Positions 43,811-56,821 of a stretch of 64,000 nucleotides of DNA are shown here, in pieces. A program made the translations under genes and the position numbers. Position 1 is the first letter of the stretch, and every line of letters starts with the position of its first letter. Under the pieces are notes generated by a model. It saw nothing but the letters and a program-made list of their open reading frames with translations, was not told the DNA's origin and made no database searches. Source of the stretch: Octopus sinensis (lineage: Eukaryota); NCBI RefSeq assembly GCF_006345805.1, contig NC_042998.1, positions 145,390,001-145,454,000 of the forward strand, given 5' to 3'.

Positions 43811-44127
43811 ATTTATAAGTATAACATTACTTTTTTGTTCCATTCTTAAACCAAATTGTCCGACGAACGGGAACGCGAAACTCTGAGTAAGTTCTTTGTG
43901 AGCTTTAATAATAAAGCATATTACTCTACCTCCGGTATTCGAGTACTTTCTTTTTCCACCTTGTTTCACATTCATGTGCTTACTCTGGTATATATATATC
44001 TTTATATATATACACGTACATATATACATACTGACATATATATATGTGTGTGTGAGTGTGTGTGTGTGTGTGCATGCGGTGCTCCAGCATGGCCACAGTC
44101 TATTGACTGAAACAAGTAATTATATAT

Positions 44128-44730
44128 AAATTCAACTTGCGTTGAAAGTCAGCAAAAAACGTTTGCTTTAGAAGCGTTCAGATACATTGAAAAATACAGA
44201 TAAGGAAATAATTTTATTCTCAAACACAGGATAATGCTAATAATATAGCATGAACAGGATGAACTATCCATATTTTGCAGAAAAATCTGTCGGCGGCCAA
44301 ACATGAGACACGAATTCATAACCCTGTGATTACACGTCAAGTGCTTTTTTGCCATTAAGCTAAACTGCCCCAACCACAAATTCTTCTGTAAATTTAGGAT
44401 ATATAAATCTAGTTTTATATCGTACGTTAAATTCAACTTACGTCGAAAGTCAACAAACAGGTTTGCTTTAGAAGCGTTGAGATGTATTGAAAGATGTGAG
44501 TTTGAGTCTCATGGCTGGCCGCCGACAGATTGTTCTGCATAATATGTATAGTTTATTCTGTTCGTGCTATATTATTAGCAGTATCCTGCGTTTGAGTATA
44601 AAATTATTTCCTTATCTGTATCTTTCAATACATCTCAAAGCTTCTAAAGCAAACTCTGTTGACTTTCAACGTAGATAGCATCTTATAAAGCTAGATTTAT
44701 ATATCCATAATTTTTAGATTCTATAGTCCA
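44128..44730. mobile_element. SINE family 3 with tRNA-Thr-like head; three copies (-, - 3' end only, +)
   Basis: Minus head from 44371: GGGGCAGTTTAGCTTAATGGCAAAAAAGCACTTGACGTGTAATCACAGGGTTATGAATTCG (A-box, TGT anticodon loop, degenerate B-box). Body inverted at 44495-44675; the 3' end is repeated at 44385-44495. Confidence 0.7.
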
Positions 44731-44854
44731 TATTTTTTTTTTATTAAACTCATCTTTATTACCTCCAAGCATAACTAAAGTAATAAGCATACTTCCGATT
44801 GGCACATGAGCCAAGAATATAGGTTAACCTTACAAACAGTTTATGAAAAATATA

Positions 44855-46735
44855 TAGTCTGGAAAATCTAATGAAAAGAATGAAAAGGAAGGCATTCTCT
44901 TTTGACAAAATTAATAAAATAGACAGAACGAAAGCAATAAATTAGGACCTGAGAACTAGATGTCCATCAGGGAATAAACAACTAAAACCTTTGAGAGAGA
45001 TATTTTCAAAATGTTACAGGATTTAAAGTTGAAGGAAAAAACACAAAACAAATTCAATCGCTTCTTGAAGGAAATCACTTAGAATTTGAAGAATATTAGA
45101 AAGTTGGAGAAAGATTGCGAAGCTTATAAAAACCAGAAAAGTTTATGAAAAGAAGATATAACGTGTAAAATGATTTGTTGAAAGATATATTAGCATCAAG
45201 TATAAGAAAACGCCGGATAAATAAGGAACGCAAACTTAAAGTCTCTAGTCTCAATGATGACAGATCCTAGATTTAAAAAGGTAAATGTTACTATTAAGGG
45301 TAATAAACATAATTTTATGAGTAATCCCAACATTCGTCTTATTAAACATACGAAAATAGAACTTGGTAGAATAAGCAAAACTGTATTAGATACAGAATCG
45401 ATAACACTATAATACTAGGAAAACACTCGGAGAGCGCAGACCTCCACCAAACTCATTTTAAGATAGATACGTGAGTAAAATGACTAATAGAGAAACGAAA
45501 ATAAACTTTGGAAACAGCAACGCCATCATAGGTTACGTGGAAACGGTGAACGTGTTTTCAAGTGAGATAATCAAAGAACGTAACTTTGTAATACTTCATG
45601 TAATGTAAATATAACAAATGAAAAATCCTTCAAGAATCCATAAAAATTCCCGGATCACTACCAAAATTTCATCATCTGTTTCTTGTGTCATTACCAAATT
45701 TTCCTGCAAGTTTCATAAAATACCGCTCACAACTGTCTGAGTTATTATGCACTCAGAAAGACAGACGGATAAACCAACGCAGATGAAAACATAACTTCCT
45801 TCCTTGGCGGAGGTAAAAATGTACTTGTCTGGCTCTGTGGGAAAACAGCTGATTTCTAATTAGTTGGTCTCATCTATCGGAGATAAAAGATTTTTTGTCT
45901 GTTTTCACATTATTTGACATAGTGAATTACTATTCGTATATAACAAAGCAAATCTTATTGATAGATCTTCATTTCATGAAACTTCACAGTTATTATAGAT
46001 AAGGAAATACAAATTATAATGCACGAAAGGAAATCTATTCATGTCTATGATAGTAGTATTTAGATAAAGTCAAATAACACGCACATTTTTGATGCGAGTA
46101 TGACTGACGCAACATCTACACAACTACATCTATTCTAGGAATTTCCTTAAGTCTATGGAGGAATACACAGAGATGATAGTCTTTCAGTTTCTAATAAATT
46201 TAACGGCCAAAGAAATAATTGACCGAACTATTCAAAGATCTGGACCTTAAAATAACAATAAGTAGTTAAAAAATATTAGTGTTTTGGATTGATTTTTGAC
46301 GTAAATAAGGGTACATTTCAACTGTACGTGAAACCTAATGATACTATACTATATATGAAAAATGTAGAAAATGATCCGCCTAATATTCTCAAGAATCTGC
46401 ACAAAGGTTTAAGCAAGTGATTTTCAAAGTTTTTACTACGAAACAATTTAAATACGGCAGTTAACTCAAAAATTAATATTTTTATAAAATAGGCAAATTA
46501 AATTCAAAAAGAAGCATCTCAAGAAAATTCTGTAATATAATCTATTTTCTATAAATACGAAAAGGTAAAAATCTTTACATTTTATCCCACAAAATAGGCA
46601 AAACGTTAATAGTAAGTAAGTATTTTCTCTTGATCATGAATTCGCTTCAGGCAAGCTATTTTGCAATACCAAATTTTTCCAATGCAGTAACTCCCATGAA
46701 CAATGTGAACATCATGAAAAATTTCAATCACCGAA
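44855..46735 (+). mobile_element. Penelope-like element RT region, decayed, interrupted by an insertion at 45413-45816
   Basis: ENLMKRMKRKAF; TIKGNKHNFMSNPNIRLIKHTKIELGRISKTVLD; after the insertion FDIVNYYSYITK; GIHRDDSLSV; YVKPNDT...DPPNILKNL. Confidence 0.8.
45413..45816. mobile_element. Non-autonomous DNA element with asymmetric subterminal inverted repeats (superfamily uncertain)
   Basis: Starts TACTAGGAAAACACTCGGAGAGCGCAG-ACCTCCACCAA (45440-45450) and ends AAAACATAACTTCCTTCC-TTGGCGGAGGT-AA (45804-45816). The IRs match 10/11. It splits otherwise contiguous PLE RT coding sequence. Confidence 0.7.
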
Positions 46736-46777
46736 ATAAACCATATAAAATTCAACTAATACACACGTATATATGTA

Positions 46778-46892
<115 letters not shown>

Positions 46893-46941
46893 CTATCTTC
46901 TATCTATCTATCTCTATCTATCTATCTATCTATCTATCTAG

Positions 46942-47022
<81 letters not shown>

Positions 47023-47081
47023 CATATATATATTCATACATACACACGCAAACATATATGTATATATATATAATATATATA

Positions 47082-47158
<77 letters not shown>

Positions 47159-47586
47159 CATTTACAGTTTGATGACGATAAATCAAATTTTAATTATTCA
47201 ATCATCAGCATATATCTTATAACCATAATCGTTTTTAAAAAAGAAAAAATTCAAAACAATTCACTTCCTTTTTAACATTAAGGAAAAGTATAGAACGGGA
47301 ATAATGATGGAAGAATTAAAATGATTTATTTTCATTTATCAGTACTTTAACAATAATTGAATTGAAAGCGTTGAATGATAAATTAAAGAGTTTTCCAATA
47401 ATATGTGACTGTGTATGTACTGTGGGTACGTGTGTGAGAGGGAGAGATAGAGTGAGAGAAAGGAAAAGCTAAAATGGGTGGGCATAAGGAGTTAAAAAGA
47501 AAATAAATTAGTATAGCAAAAATGTAGATAACAAAATTTGGAAATAATTAGAATTAGGCCGTACAGGTTATAAAAGAATGCATATA

Positions 47587-47622
<36 letters not shown>

Positions 47623-47678
47623 CATACACATATATGTGTATATATGTATATACACACACACATATATGTATATATATA

Positions 47679-47710
<32 letters not shown>

Positions 47711-47831
47711 TGATAGATAGATAAAGAGTGAGTGAGTGAGAGGGAAAGAGTGAGAGTGGGTTAATAATTGCCATTCATGAAACGATCGGCCCTTGAGTTA
47801 TTTAGTAACCTCTGCTTGATTATACAAATAA

Positions 47832-49934
47832 CACTGGTCAACAAAATTCGAACATTTTGCTTTCCCTTGAACTAAAGAAAGTGAACTTTATAGTAACTTT
47901 AACGCAGATTTCGAATCTGTTTTTAGAATTTTACCATCAAGCCTGTTTTTATGTGACAGAGTAATTAAATTACACAATAAATGTACTATATTAATGCAGA
48001 AATAACGCTGACAATTATAACTGGTCAACAGAATTAATGAAAAATTCTGTCCCACAAACAAAAGTAGGTGAACTTAATAACATTTTATTTTCAGAATTCA
48101 AGTGGTGTTTTCAGATTTTTTCTACGAGTCATAGTTTTTCTGTGACAGCATATGTAAATTGTTAAACAACTGTATTTCATGAATTTTAAAATCAGGCTGA
48201 TATTACAAGGAAACTTACCTTTAAAACGTAGAGGCGTATGATTTTCGACTGTATTTTTTCTTCTGGAATGTTCTTAGTGACTAACAATAAATCAGCCAAC
48301 ATAGAAGAGCTCCACTTTCCTTGGTACCAAGTTTCCGTGTTCAGAATGTCCTGGTGAAACCTCTCGCTGTGCTCGCCATTGAAAGCCCCAAAATTTGCAG
48401 GGGAAAAGTTCAAGTGAAAGTCCAAGAAGTGGATTTTTAGGCTCATATTGCATCCCAAGGCCTTGTATGATGTGAGTAGCTCTTTCATAATGTCAGAATA
48501 GTTCTCTGCTATACATGATAGTCACGCAGCTTTTTCAACATCATGGAGCTCTTCCTCAAACTTTTGGTCTCTCATCAGCTCCCTAATCTGTATCCCAACA
48601 AAAACACCTTCCTTGTTTTTTGCGTCACTTACTCTTGGAAATTTAGTTTTCAAATACGTGAATGTTTTGTCAGTCCTTTGACGACATTTTTCATCAACCC
48701 TAGCTTAATATGCAAAGGAGGTAGATAAATTTTCTCAGAATCAATAAGGGGAGAATTGATGACATTCTTCTGTCCAGGAGTCAGAGATCGTTTCGGCCAC
48801 ACGTTCTTTTCATAATGATGTTTCTTAACCCGACTGTCCAACTCACAGAGAAAGCAACAAAACTTGGTGTAACCCAGCTGCATTCCAAGTAAAAGTATCA
48901 AACCTTAAGGTCACCGCAAATATTCCACTTATGTTTCTCATACTTTCTTTTGCAACAGAAGCGTCATACTCTTACATGTTGCCTTCATGTTAGCTGCATG
49001 GGCTAGAGGAACAGAAGGAAACTTATTTCCATTGTGGAGTAAAACTGCTTTCAAGCTTACTTTTGAGGAGTCAATAAACGAACTCCACTTATTCGTGCTA
49101 TATTTGTGGTTAAGTTCTTCCATAACAGAATATATATCATTACAAAACACCACACCATCCTCAAGTGCAAAATCACAATGTCGAGCACTATAAAAACTAA
49201 CTTTGCTCTCTTTCTGGAGACGATTCTAGCTCCTTAACCTGGAACCAAGAAGTTAAGCTTGCTTTTTAGACAATTTTAAATCCCGCACAAGATCATTCAG
49301 ATCTTCCTGACTCAACAAATGTGGTTCAATTGAAGAACAGTTAGGCTCAAAGTCCATGCCTGACACAGGTTACACAACACACATGAGGGACCCAGCTTTT
49401 ATCCTGGTCACCCACTTTGCAGTCAAAATAATGCTCATAGCACTTCTTTATCAATGGCATGAAGCGCTGTCTTTGTGACTTGAATGTTAAAGTCATCGCA
49501 AATATTGGAAAAGTTGCTTGCGATGTTTGCGATGTTTATACAGTTTCTTTGCATTATAAAGGTGAATGGAATATGTGAACATAGTACAAAATCGCACGCC
49601 TACACCTCAAGCACAGTACTGACAAAGCACCGTGACTCATCGACTTAGTGTTGCCAAGCTTCGGTGACACATTGACTCAGATAGCTAGATTTATGATTTC
49701 ATCAGGTTAATTCTATTGATAAACAATTAAATTGGAAGTATTTCTTAAACCGTTAACTTCACATTTCAACAGCTTAACTGAAATTTAGCTCACGTAACAG
49801 GAACTGAGATGGATATCGGGGAACAGAGAAACTGGGTGATACAGATAATTTGACATTATTTTTGAATTCTTCATACAAAAACATACGCGATACAGGTATT
49901 ATTTTTCTTGTGACAAAATCTTTGCTGATCAGTG
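47832..49934 (-). mobile_element. Chapaev3-like (CMC superfamily) DNA transposon, both ends intact, transposase decayed
   Basis: TIRs CACTGGTCAACAAA and the reverse complement CACTGATCAGCAAA; 3-bp TSD TAA at 47829-31 and 49935-37. Transposase motifs LGMQLGYTKFCCFLCELDSR, LPPLHIKLGLMKN, VLLHNGNKFPSVPLAH and LGCNMSLKIHFL...GEHSERFHQDI...YQGKW. The family name is from recall of these motifs and the TWA TSD. Confidence 0.85.
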
Positions 49935-49991
49935 TAATGTACACACGTACATGCATGCATACATACATACATACATACATACATAAATACA

Positions 49992-50040
<49 letters not shown>

Positions 50041-50624
50041 TAATATATATATATATATATATTATATATATTATATATATATATATGTATCTGAGTCTTA
50101 TACTTACATTCAAATACCAAGTAGGTATATGAGTGAGAAAGACAGTCCTCTGTTTAGGAGTTTATTTGCCGCTATAGTTAATCAGGTAGTTGTGGTGTGA
50201 CACAGTTATGAAATACCTTGTTTCAAAGTGTCCCTCGTTCTAAAAATTTAGAGACAATGACTTTAAATAGGATTTGGAGTTTCGCAACAACCATGCATTT
50301 CAATAACAAACGCATAGTGTTCGCCGGATCAGAGAGGAATGGTAATTGAGAAAGAACGACAAAGCAACAAAACATTAGCTACTTCAAGGCAACATAAACA
50401 CCTGCTTACATCACTACGTCACAACAACAGCCGTGTGAAATATAACAGGGATATATATCACACCTTGTAACGCTCTATTTGACGTTATAATTGAAAATAA
50501 TTTCTTTTAATTGCCATACGTATTCGGACATTTGAGTCAAATTTCTCATGTGGATATGTCTAAAAGAGTGAGTATGACTGCAGTACCTTTGCTTGAATTA
50601 ACCCTCGGTTATAAATTTTATTGA

Positions 50625-50694
<70 letters not shown>

Positions 50695-50739
50695 TTGTCT
50701 GTCTATCTCTCTCCCTCTCTCGCATACATCGATACATAG

Positions 50740-50825
<86 letters not shown>

Positions 50826-51091
50826 TCAGCGGAACCCCTCATGAGCTAATGGGAAGCAAGCTATCTCTTTAACCCGGAGTAGATTTGTGGATTCTCCCGA
50901 GGAGACACGAAACTTTATTGGTTAAATTTCGAAATCAAATGATAGGGTCATATCAAATCATTTAATTCAGCGAATTTTATCTCGCGGGAGAAAAGATGTT
51001 GTGGTTTACCGCTCGCAGTCTCTTTGAACATCTCATGAGGTTAGTGATTTTGTGTAGCTATTCGAGTAATATTTTTAGCTCTTATTTCTAA

Positions 51092-51155
<64 letters not shown>

Positions 51156-51724
51156 GAGATAGGGGTTGTGAGTGTAACCCTTTATGGGATAACATATATC
51201 CAATATACTGCCAGTAAAGCACCAGTAAAGGTAATACATAAATGCTAAGAATTGCAATGCAATTAATTCATTTGTTGTATTATATGGGCGGAGGTAAAAT
51301 GTTTTACCTCAAATTCATAATAGAAAATAAGAAAATGGAGGAATACACTTTAATCAATCATCAACTACCAGATAATGCCCATTCACATAATTTATTAACC
51401 AACTACATAGGAACATCAAGATCAAACACAATAATACAGAACAAAACAGTACACATCAATGAGTAATATGATACCATAAGTACAATACGTATAAATAAAT
51501 ATAAATAAATATAAATATAAACTAGATCTTACAGCTGTTTCAGCCATGTAGATAGGAGTATCTCATTATGCTCATATTAGCCAGGTGTGTTAAGGTAATA
51601 TGTGGTTATAAATGAGATACTTACATGTGTATATGCACTTATATGTTTGTGTATATTATGTATATGTACTTATTTTTGCATATGTGTACCTTCTCTTATA
51701 TTCATATTTGAATTGTACTTTATA

Positions 51725-51851
51725 ATCTCTGAAGAGGCTTTGGGATATATATGTAAGTATCTCATTTATAACCACATATTACCTTAACACACCTGGCTAA
51801 TATGAGCATAATGAGATATTCCTATCTACATGGCTGAAACAGCTGTAAGAT
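51725..51851 (+). ncRNA. Putative minimal type-I hammerhead ribozyme (long stem II)
   Basis: Stem I ATCT/AGAT; CTGAAGA 51729-35; stem II GGC...GCT; GAAAC 51836-40; palindromic AGCT; GTA triplet 51845-47. Confidence 0.55.
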
Positions 51852-52335
51852 CTAGTTTATATTTATATTTATATTTATTTATACGTATTGTACTTATGGT
51901 ATCATATTACTCATTGATGTGTACTGTTTTGTTCTGTATTATTGTGTTTGATCTTGATGTTCCTATGTAGTTGGTTAATAAATTATGTGAATGGGTATTA
52001 TCTGGTAGTTGATGATTGATTAAAGTGTATTCCTCCATTTTCTTATTTTGTATATATATATATATATATATATATAGGCAGATAGATAGATAGATAGATA
52101 TAGTTCTATCTCGCTGGAGAAAGATGTAGCTTGCCGCTTGCAGTCCCTTTGAACATCTCATGAGATTTGTGATTTTGTGTGGCTATTAAAGTTAAATATT
52201 TAACTATTATTTCCGGCATTTGTAGGTGCTATTTTGCACCCTTAAATATGTATTCTATCTTTTTGGTTTTTATCTGCTGTAGCCACCTATGCTAAAGCGT
52301 ATTTAATAATCATAATATTAATTTATCGTTTATCT

Positions 52336-52404
<69 letters not shown>

Positions 52405-55400
52405 GTATAAAATGAGATAGGGGTTGAAAATTCAACCCACCATGGGATAATATATATCCAATATACTGCTAGATAGGTACCCAACAAGACTAATACATAG
52501 ATGTTAAAAATTGCCAAACAATCAGTTCATCTATTGTATAATATGGGTAATAGTAGTAATATTAATAATAATATACATATTAAAACTTATGGTAGACATG
52601 ATAATGGTAAAGTTTACTTGCGCAATAATCTTGGGAATATTGATATAGATAGATATAACAATGACAGTGGTAAGAATAGTAATCCTATGGGTTGGTCTAG
52701 GAATAGGATTTTACAAATAAACAATAATTCTATAGGCAATCCAATCTGATAAGGATACACTCTGGTTGATTATCCCATATGCAATGCAGATTAAAACAAA
52801 CATAGTGAGAGCTTTGCATAATGTTATATTTAGGCATTTTGGTAAGGATAAGAATAAATTTAGTCTTTAATTAACAACGGTACTGTTAGAGTGGGATATA
52901 GCATTACTCATAATCTCGCCACCATTATCTCCTCTTTTAATAACAGGAAACTGGATCACTTCTATAAGGATAGAAAATTGAATTTAGACAATGGAAATTT
53001 GCCCCTCTTTAATAATAATAGGAACAGAAACTTCTTGGAACGAATGGAACAACCCCTTACTAATATGAGTGCACCGTACCTGTTAGAGATAATATAAATG
53101 TAATAGTTCATACTACTACTACCAATACTAGTACTAGTGATAGGAAATAGCCAATAATGTGAAATTAACTCATTCGTTGATTTTGGGTTTGGATGATGAT
53201 AACAATTGTAACACTTCTTAATGTGAATGGTAGTATAGGGGTGGGGACCAATTTTAGATACCTCATTCTGTTAATCTTTGTAATTTCAGAAACAGAAATA
53301 AATGTGTGTTGGTAATCAATGCCTCAGGAAGGAGGTAGTTTACCAATGCACTGTAGATACACAATTGAGTAGTAGGGTGTACATCGGGGCAACTATGAAT
53401 AGAATAAAACAAAGATTGAATTATCACAGATATACTTTTAGAAATAAAAATAGAATGTACTCTACAGGGCTAAGTGCATACATTGGGAACTTAAAAGTAA
53501 GAACTTAGATTTTAGATTAAACTGGAAAATACTAACTTCAGCACCTGTGTATAATGGAAAAAAATAAAAAATGCTCTCTATGTATTAATGAAATTTTTTC
53601 ATTATTAAAGCGGGTCGGCAAATTATTAACAACATAAATGAAAAAAACTTCTTTGCATTCATAGGCTACCGTTCACCTTTTCTAGATTCAAATAGAACTT
53701 AGCACTTCCACTATTAATTAATTTTTTAACTCCCTTCTTTAAACTAACTATACCTGTGGTCTTCTATAATTCTAAAGTATGCAACTTATAAATTTATAAT
53801 TTTATAATTTTTATAGCTACATTTGTATAATAATAATAGATGTGTCTAGTATTATTGTTTCTTGTTTTTTTATATGTGGGTTTTTGTTTGTTTTTAAGGG
53901 AAATGCAATATGACATGAAATACATATTCATTTTGGTATTTGCCTTGTAATATGTGATTTTTGAAGTTTTCTAATATTGCATAGTATATATGTATATCCT
54001 GGTTAGATACCTAGCTCTAGATAATGTAATGATATTGTATATTATGTAATATATGAGAGCCTTTATGAGTTGGTTGTGTTTAGGTTGAGAATATAGGTTT
54101 TTTGTATGTGTTTATTTGGCAGTTTATATTGTATATTGGGTCTTTTTTGTACTCACCTTAATTTGTATCTTATGCTATTTACTAATAAACCTTTTTCATT
54201 TTTTTCATTTACATACATTTGGCTTTATAAATATTACCAGTCTTATATATTTAGTTTATATCTATAGTCCTCTGGATCTGTACTTTAAATTATCCTTCCA
54301 TACATATTTACTTTCATCAAATAACATATATATTCACTTTTATTATTTTTTTATTTATTGTAATGTTATCTATCTCTGCATTTAGTCTTCTAATTATTAT
54401 TTATTTGCTTATTTAAGTGTAGATTTTTACATACATATCAAGTCATCTAATTTGTTATCTATTTATTTTTTACTATTTACTTATACTAGGGTAGTTTTAT
54501 ACATACATATCTATCATTATTTTAATTTTATTTTAATAATATATGAATACATATATACTGGTTTGTACTTATAATATGTGTATAAACGTATTTATTCCTT
54601 CTTATTTATTTTATCACATTTTATCTTAAGTATTTATAATATAAGTTTTTTAAAAATTTCTGTGATGTTCTCATATGCGTTTGCATTAGTACGTCCCCTT
54701 CTATTATTAATGCCTAAACTGGTATATTATGGCATTAAATTTATTAAGTAAAATAAGAGATTTATTTATAATATATAAATTAATAATATTTTATATTTTA
54801 TAACTTAGCGTACTTGAATCATAACAAACTTACGGTAAATCTAACAACCGTATGTTTACTTTGCAACAAACCGGTGTATAAAATTAAGTTACCTAATAAA
54901 ATAGTATCTGATTTTGTAACATACTGATATTTAAAAATATATTTCTATCTTTAAATTAAATATTTTATGAAATGCATGAGTGGATCTTTTTCGTTATTTG
55001 AGGCATAGTTATAATTTTGTAGGACTAAATGGCAGCATAGTTGCTTCCCTTTTTGTTTATCTATGTGCTAGTTGTTGCTTGTGGTTATGTATGTGTATAA
55101 GTGTATGTGTATACATATAATTATGTGTGTATGTGCGATTGATCTGTAGATGCGCATGTGAATATTGGCGTTCCTTGACTAACCAACCGTATAATTTCTT
55201 TTGTGATTTAAATTTCAACCAATAGCCAATCGAATAATCTAAAATATCATTACCTCGTGGTCAGTATTTCTTAACTCATAGTTATTTCAATCTTGAAAGG
55301 ATGGACTTGGTGCAAAACATAAACTGTATATATTATTATTATATTATTATTATTATTATTAATATTAATAAGTAATTTATTAACTTTTATAGCTTTATAA

Positions 55401-55699
55401 TTTATGAACTGAACCATGGTTTTAATTATTATTTTTCATCTCCCTATGGTTAGTTTTTTTTTTAAAACTATTAGCCAAATATGTATAATATCGGTGCTTA
55501 TTAATATTAATATATACACTGATATATATTTTGTTTTATTTTGTTCTGTTTACCTTCCATTATTGTACCAATGAGTATTATATTATATAGTGTAGCATTA
55601 TGAAGTTTATGTATAAGTTTTTTTTTATATTTTACATTTTTATATTTTTATATTTATATGTATATGGTTAAATAATCTTTTCACAATTATAACAAATTT

Positions 55700-55814
55700 A
55701 ATTCTCTGAAGAGGCCGTGGGGCATCCTTGTTAATGCCTCATTTATACCTGCCTTATGGCTTATAGGTTAAATGAGGTATGACTGCCCTCACTGCCGAAA
55801 CAGCTGTCAGAATT
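55700..55814 (+). ncRNA. Putative minimal type-I hammerhead ribozyme, complete core
   Basis: Stem I AATTCT/AGAATT (6 bp); CTGAAGA 55706-12; stem II GGCCGTGGGG/CCTCACTGCC with a further internal hairpin; GAAA 55797-800; stem III C-AGCT-G; GTC triplet 55806-08. Confidence 0.75.
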
Positions 55815-55995
55815 GATTTAATTACATATTATATTTGAAATTTTATACTTATATCTCTTTGTCTATTACTCTTACTGTATATTTTTTATAATGCCTTTAC
55901 TGATATGTAATGGTGTATTAAAGTATTGATTGGGTATCATCTGATAGTTGATGTTTTATTGATTTAAGTATGTTTCTCCATTCTCTAATTGTAGT

Positions 55996-56041
<46 letters not shown>

Positions 56042-56750
56042 TGTATATGTATATATATATATAGTATTATATATATATATATACATATACATACATACAT
56101 ACATACATAATATATATATATATATATTATATATATTATATATATTATATATATATATATATATTATATATGTGTATATATTATATATGTAAGATATAAC
56201 GATAAATTAATATAGATATATTAAATACGCTTTAGCATAGGTGGCTACAGCAGATAAAAACCAAAAAGATAGAATACATATTTAAGGGTGCAAAATAGCA
56301 CCTACAAATGCCGGAAATAATAGTTAAATATTTAACTTTAATAGCCGCACAAAATCACAAATCTCATGAGATGTTCAAAGGGACTGCAAGCAGCAAGCTA
56401 CATCTTTCTCCAGCGAGATAGAACTATATCTATCTATCTATCTATCTGTCTATATATATATATATATATATACAAAATAAGAAAATGGAGGAATACACTT
56501 TAATCAATCATCAACTACCAGATAATACCCATTCACATAATTTATTAACCAACTACATAGGAACATCAAGATCAAACACAATAATACAGAACAAAACAGT
56601 ACACATCAATGAGTAATATGATACCATAAGTACAATACGTATAAATAAATATAAATATAAATATAAACTAGATCTTACAGCTGTTTCAGCCATGTAGATA
56701 GGAATATCTCATTATGCTCATATTAGCCAGGTGTGTTAAGGTATATGTGG

Positions 56751-56817
<67 letters not shown>

Positions 56818-56821
56818 CATA

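Larger units (their letters stand above)
50990..56755 (+). mobile_element. Composite Penelope-like locus with tandem and inverted pLTR copies and a GIY-YIG remnant
   Basis: ORF 53302-53508 CLRKEVVYQCTV...VYIGATMNRIKQRLNYH (GIY-YIG), followed by WKILTSAPVY...CSLCINE. pLTR-like blocks at 51324-51626 (inverted), 51727-52050, 55700-55990 (diverged) and 56473-56755 (inverted). 50990-51320 is a diverged paralogue of 52095-52200 plus 52400-52550. Confidence 0.8.

Noticed and set aside
44290-44371. Possible functional tRNA-Thr gene
   Set aside because: Acceptor and T stems pair poorly, the B-box is degenerate and it is fused to a repeated body; better explained as a SINE head.
46960-47155. Irregular single-base interruptions in long (TA)n arrays as a possible code or higher-order pattern
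   Set aside because: No consistent periodicity; compatible with slippage or long-read consensus error.
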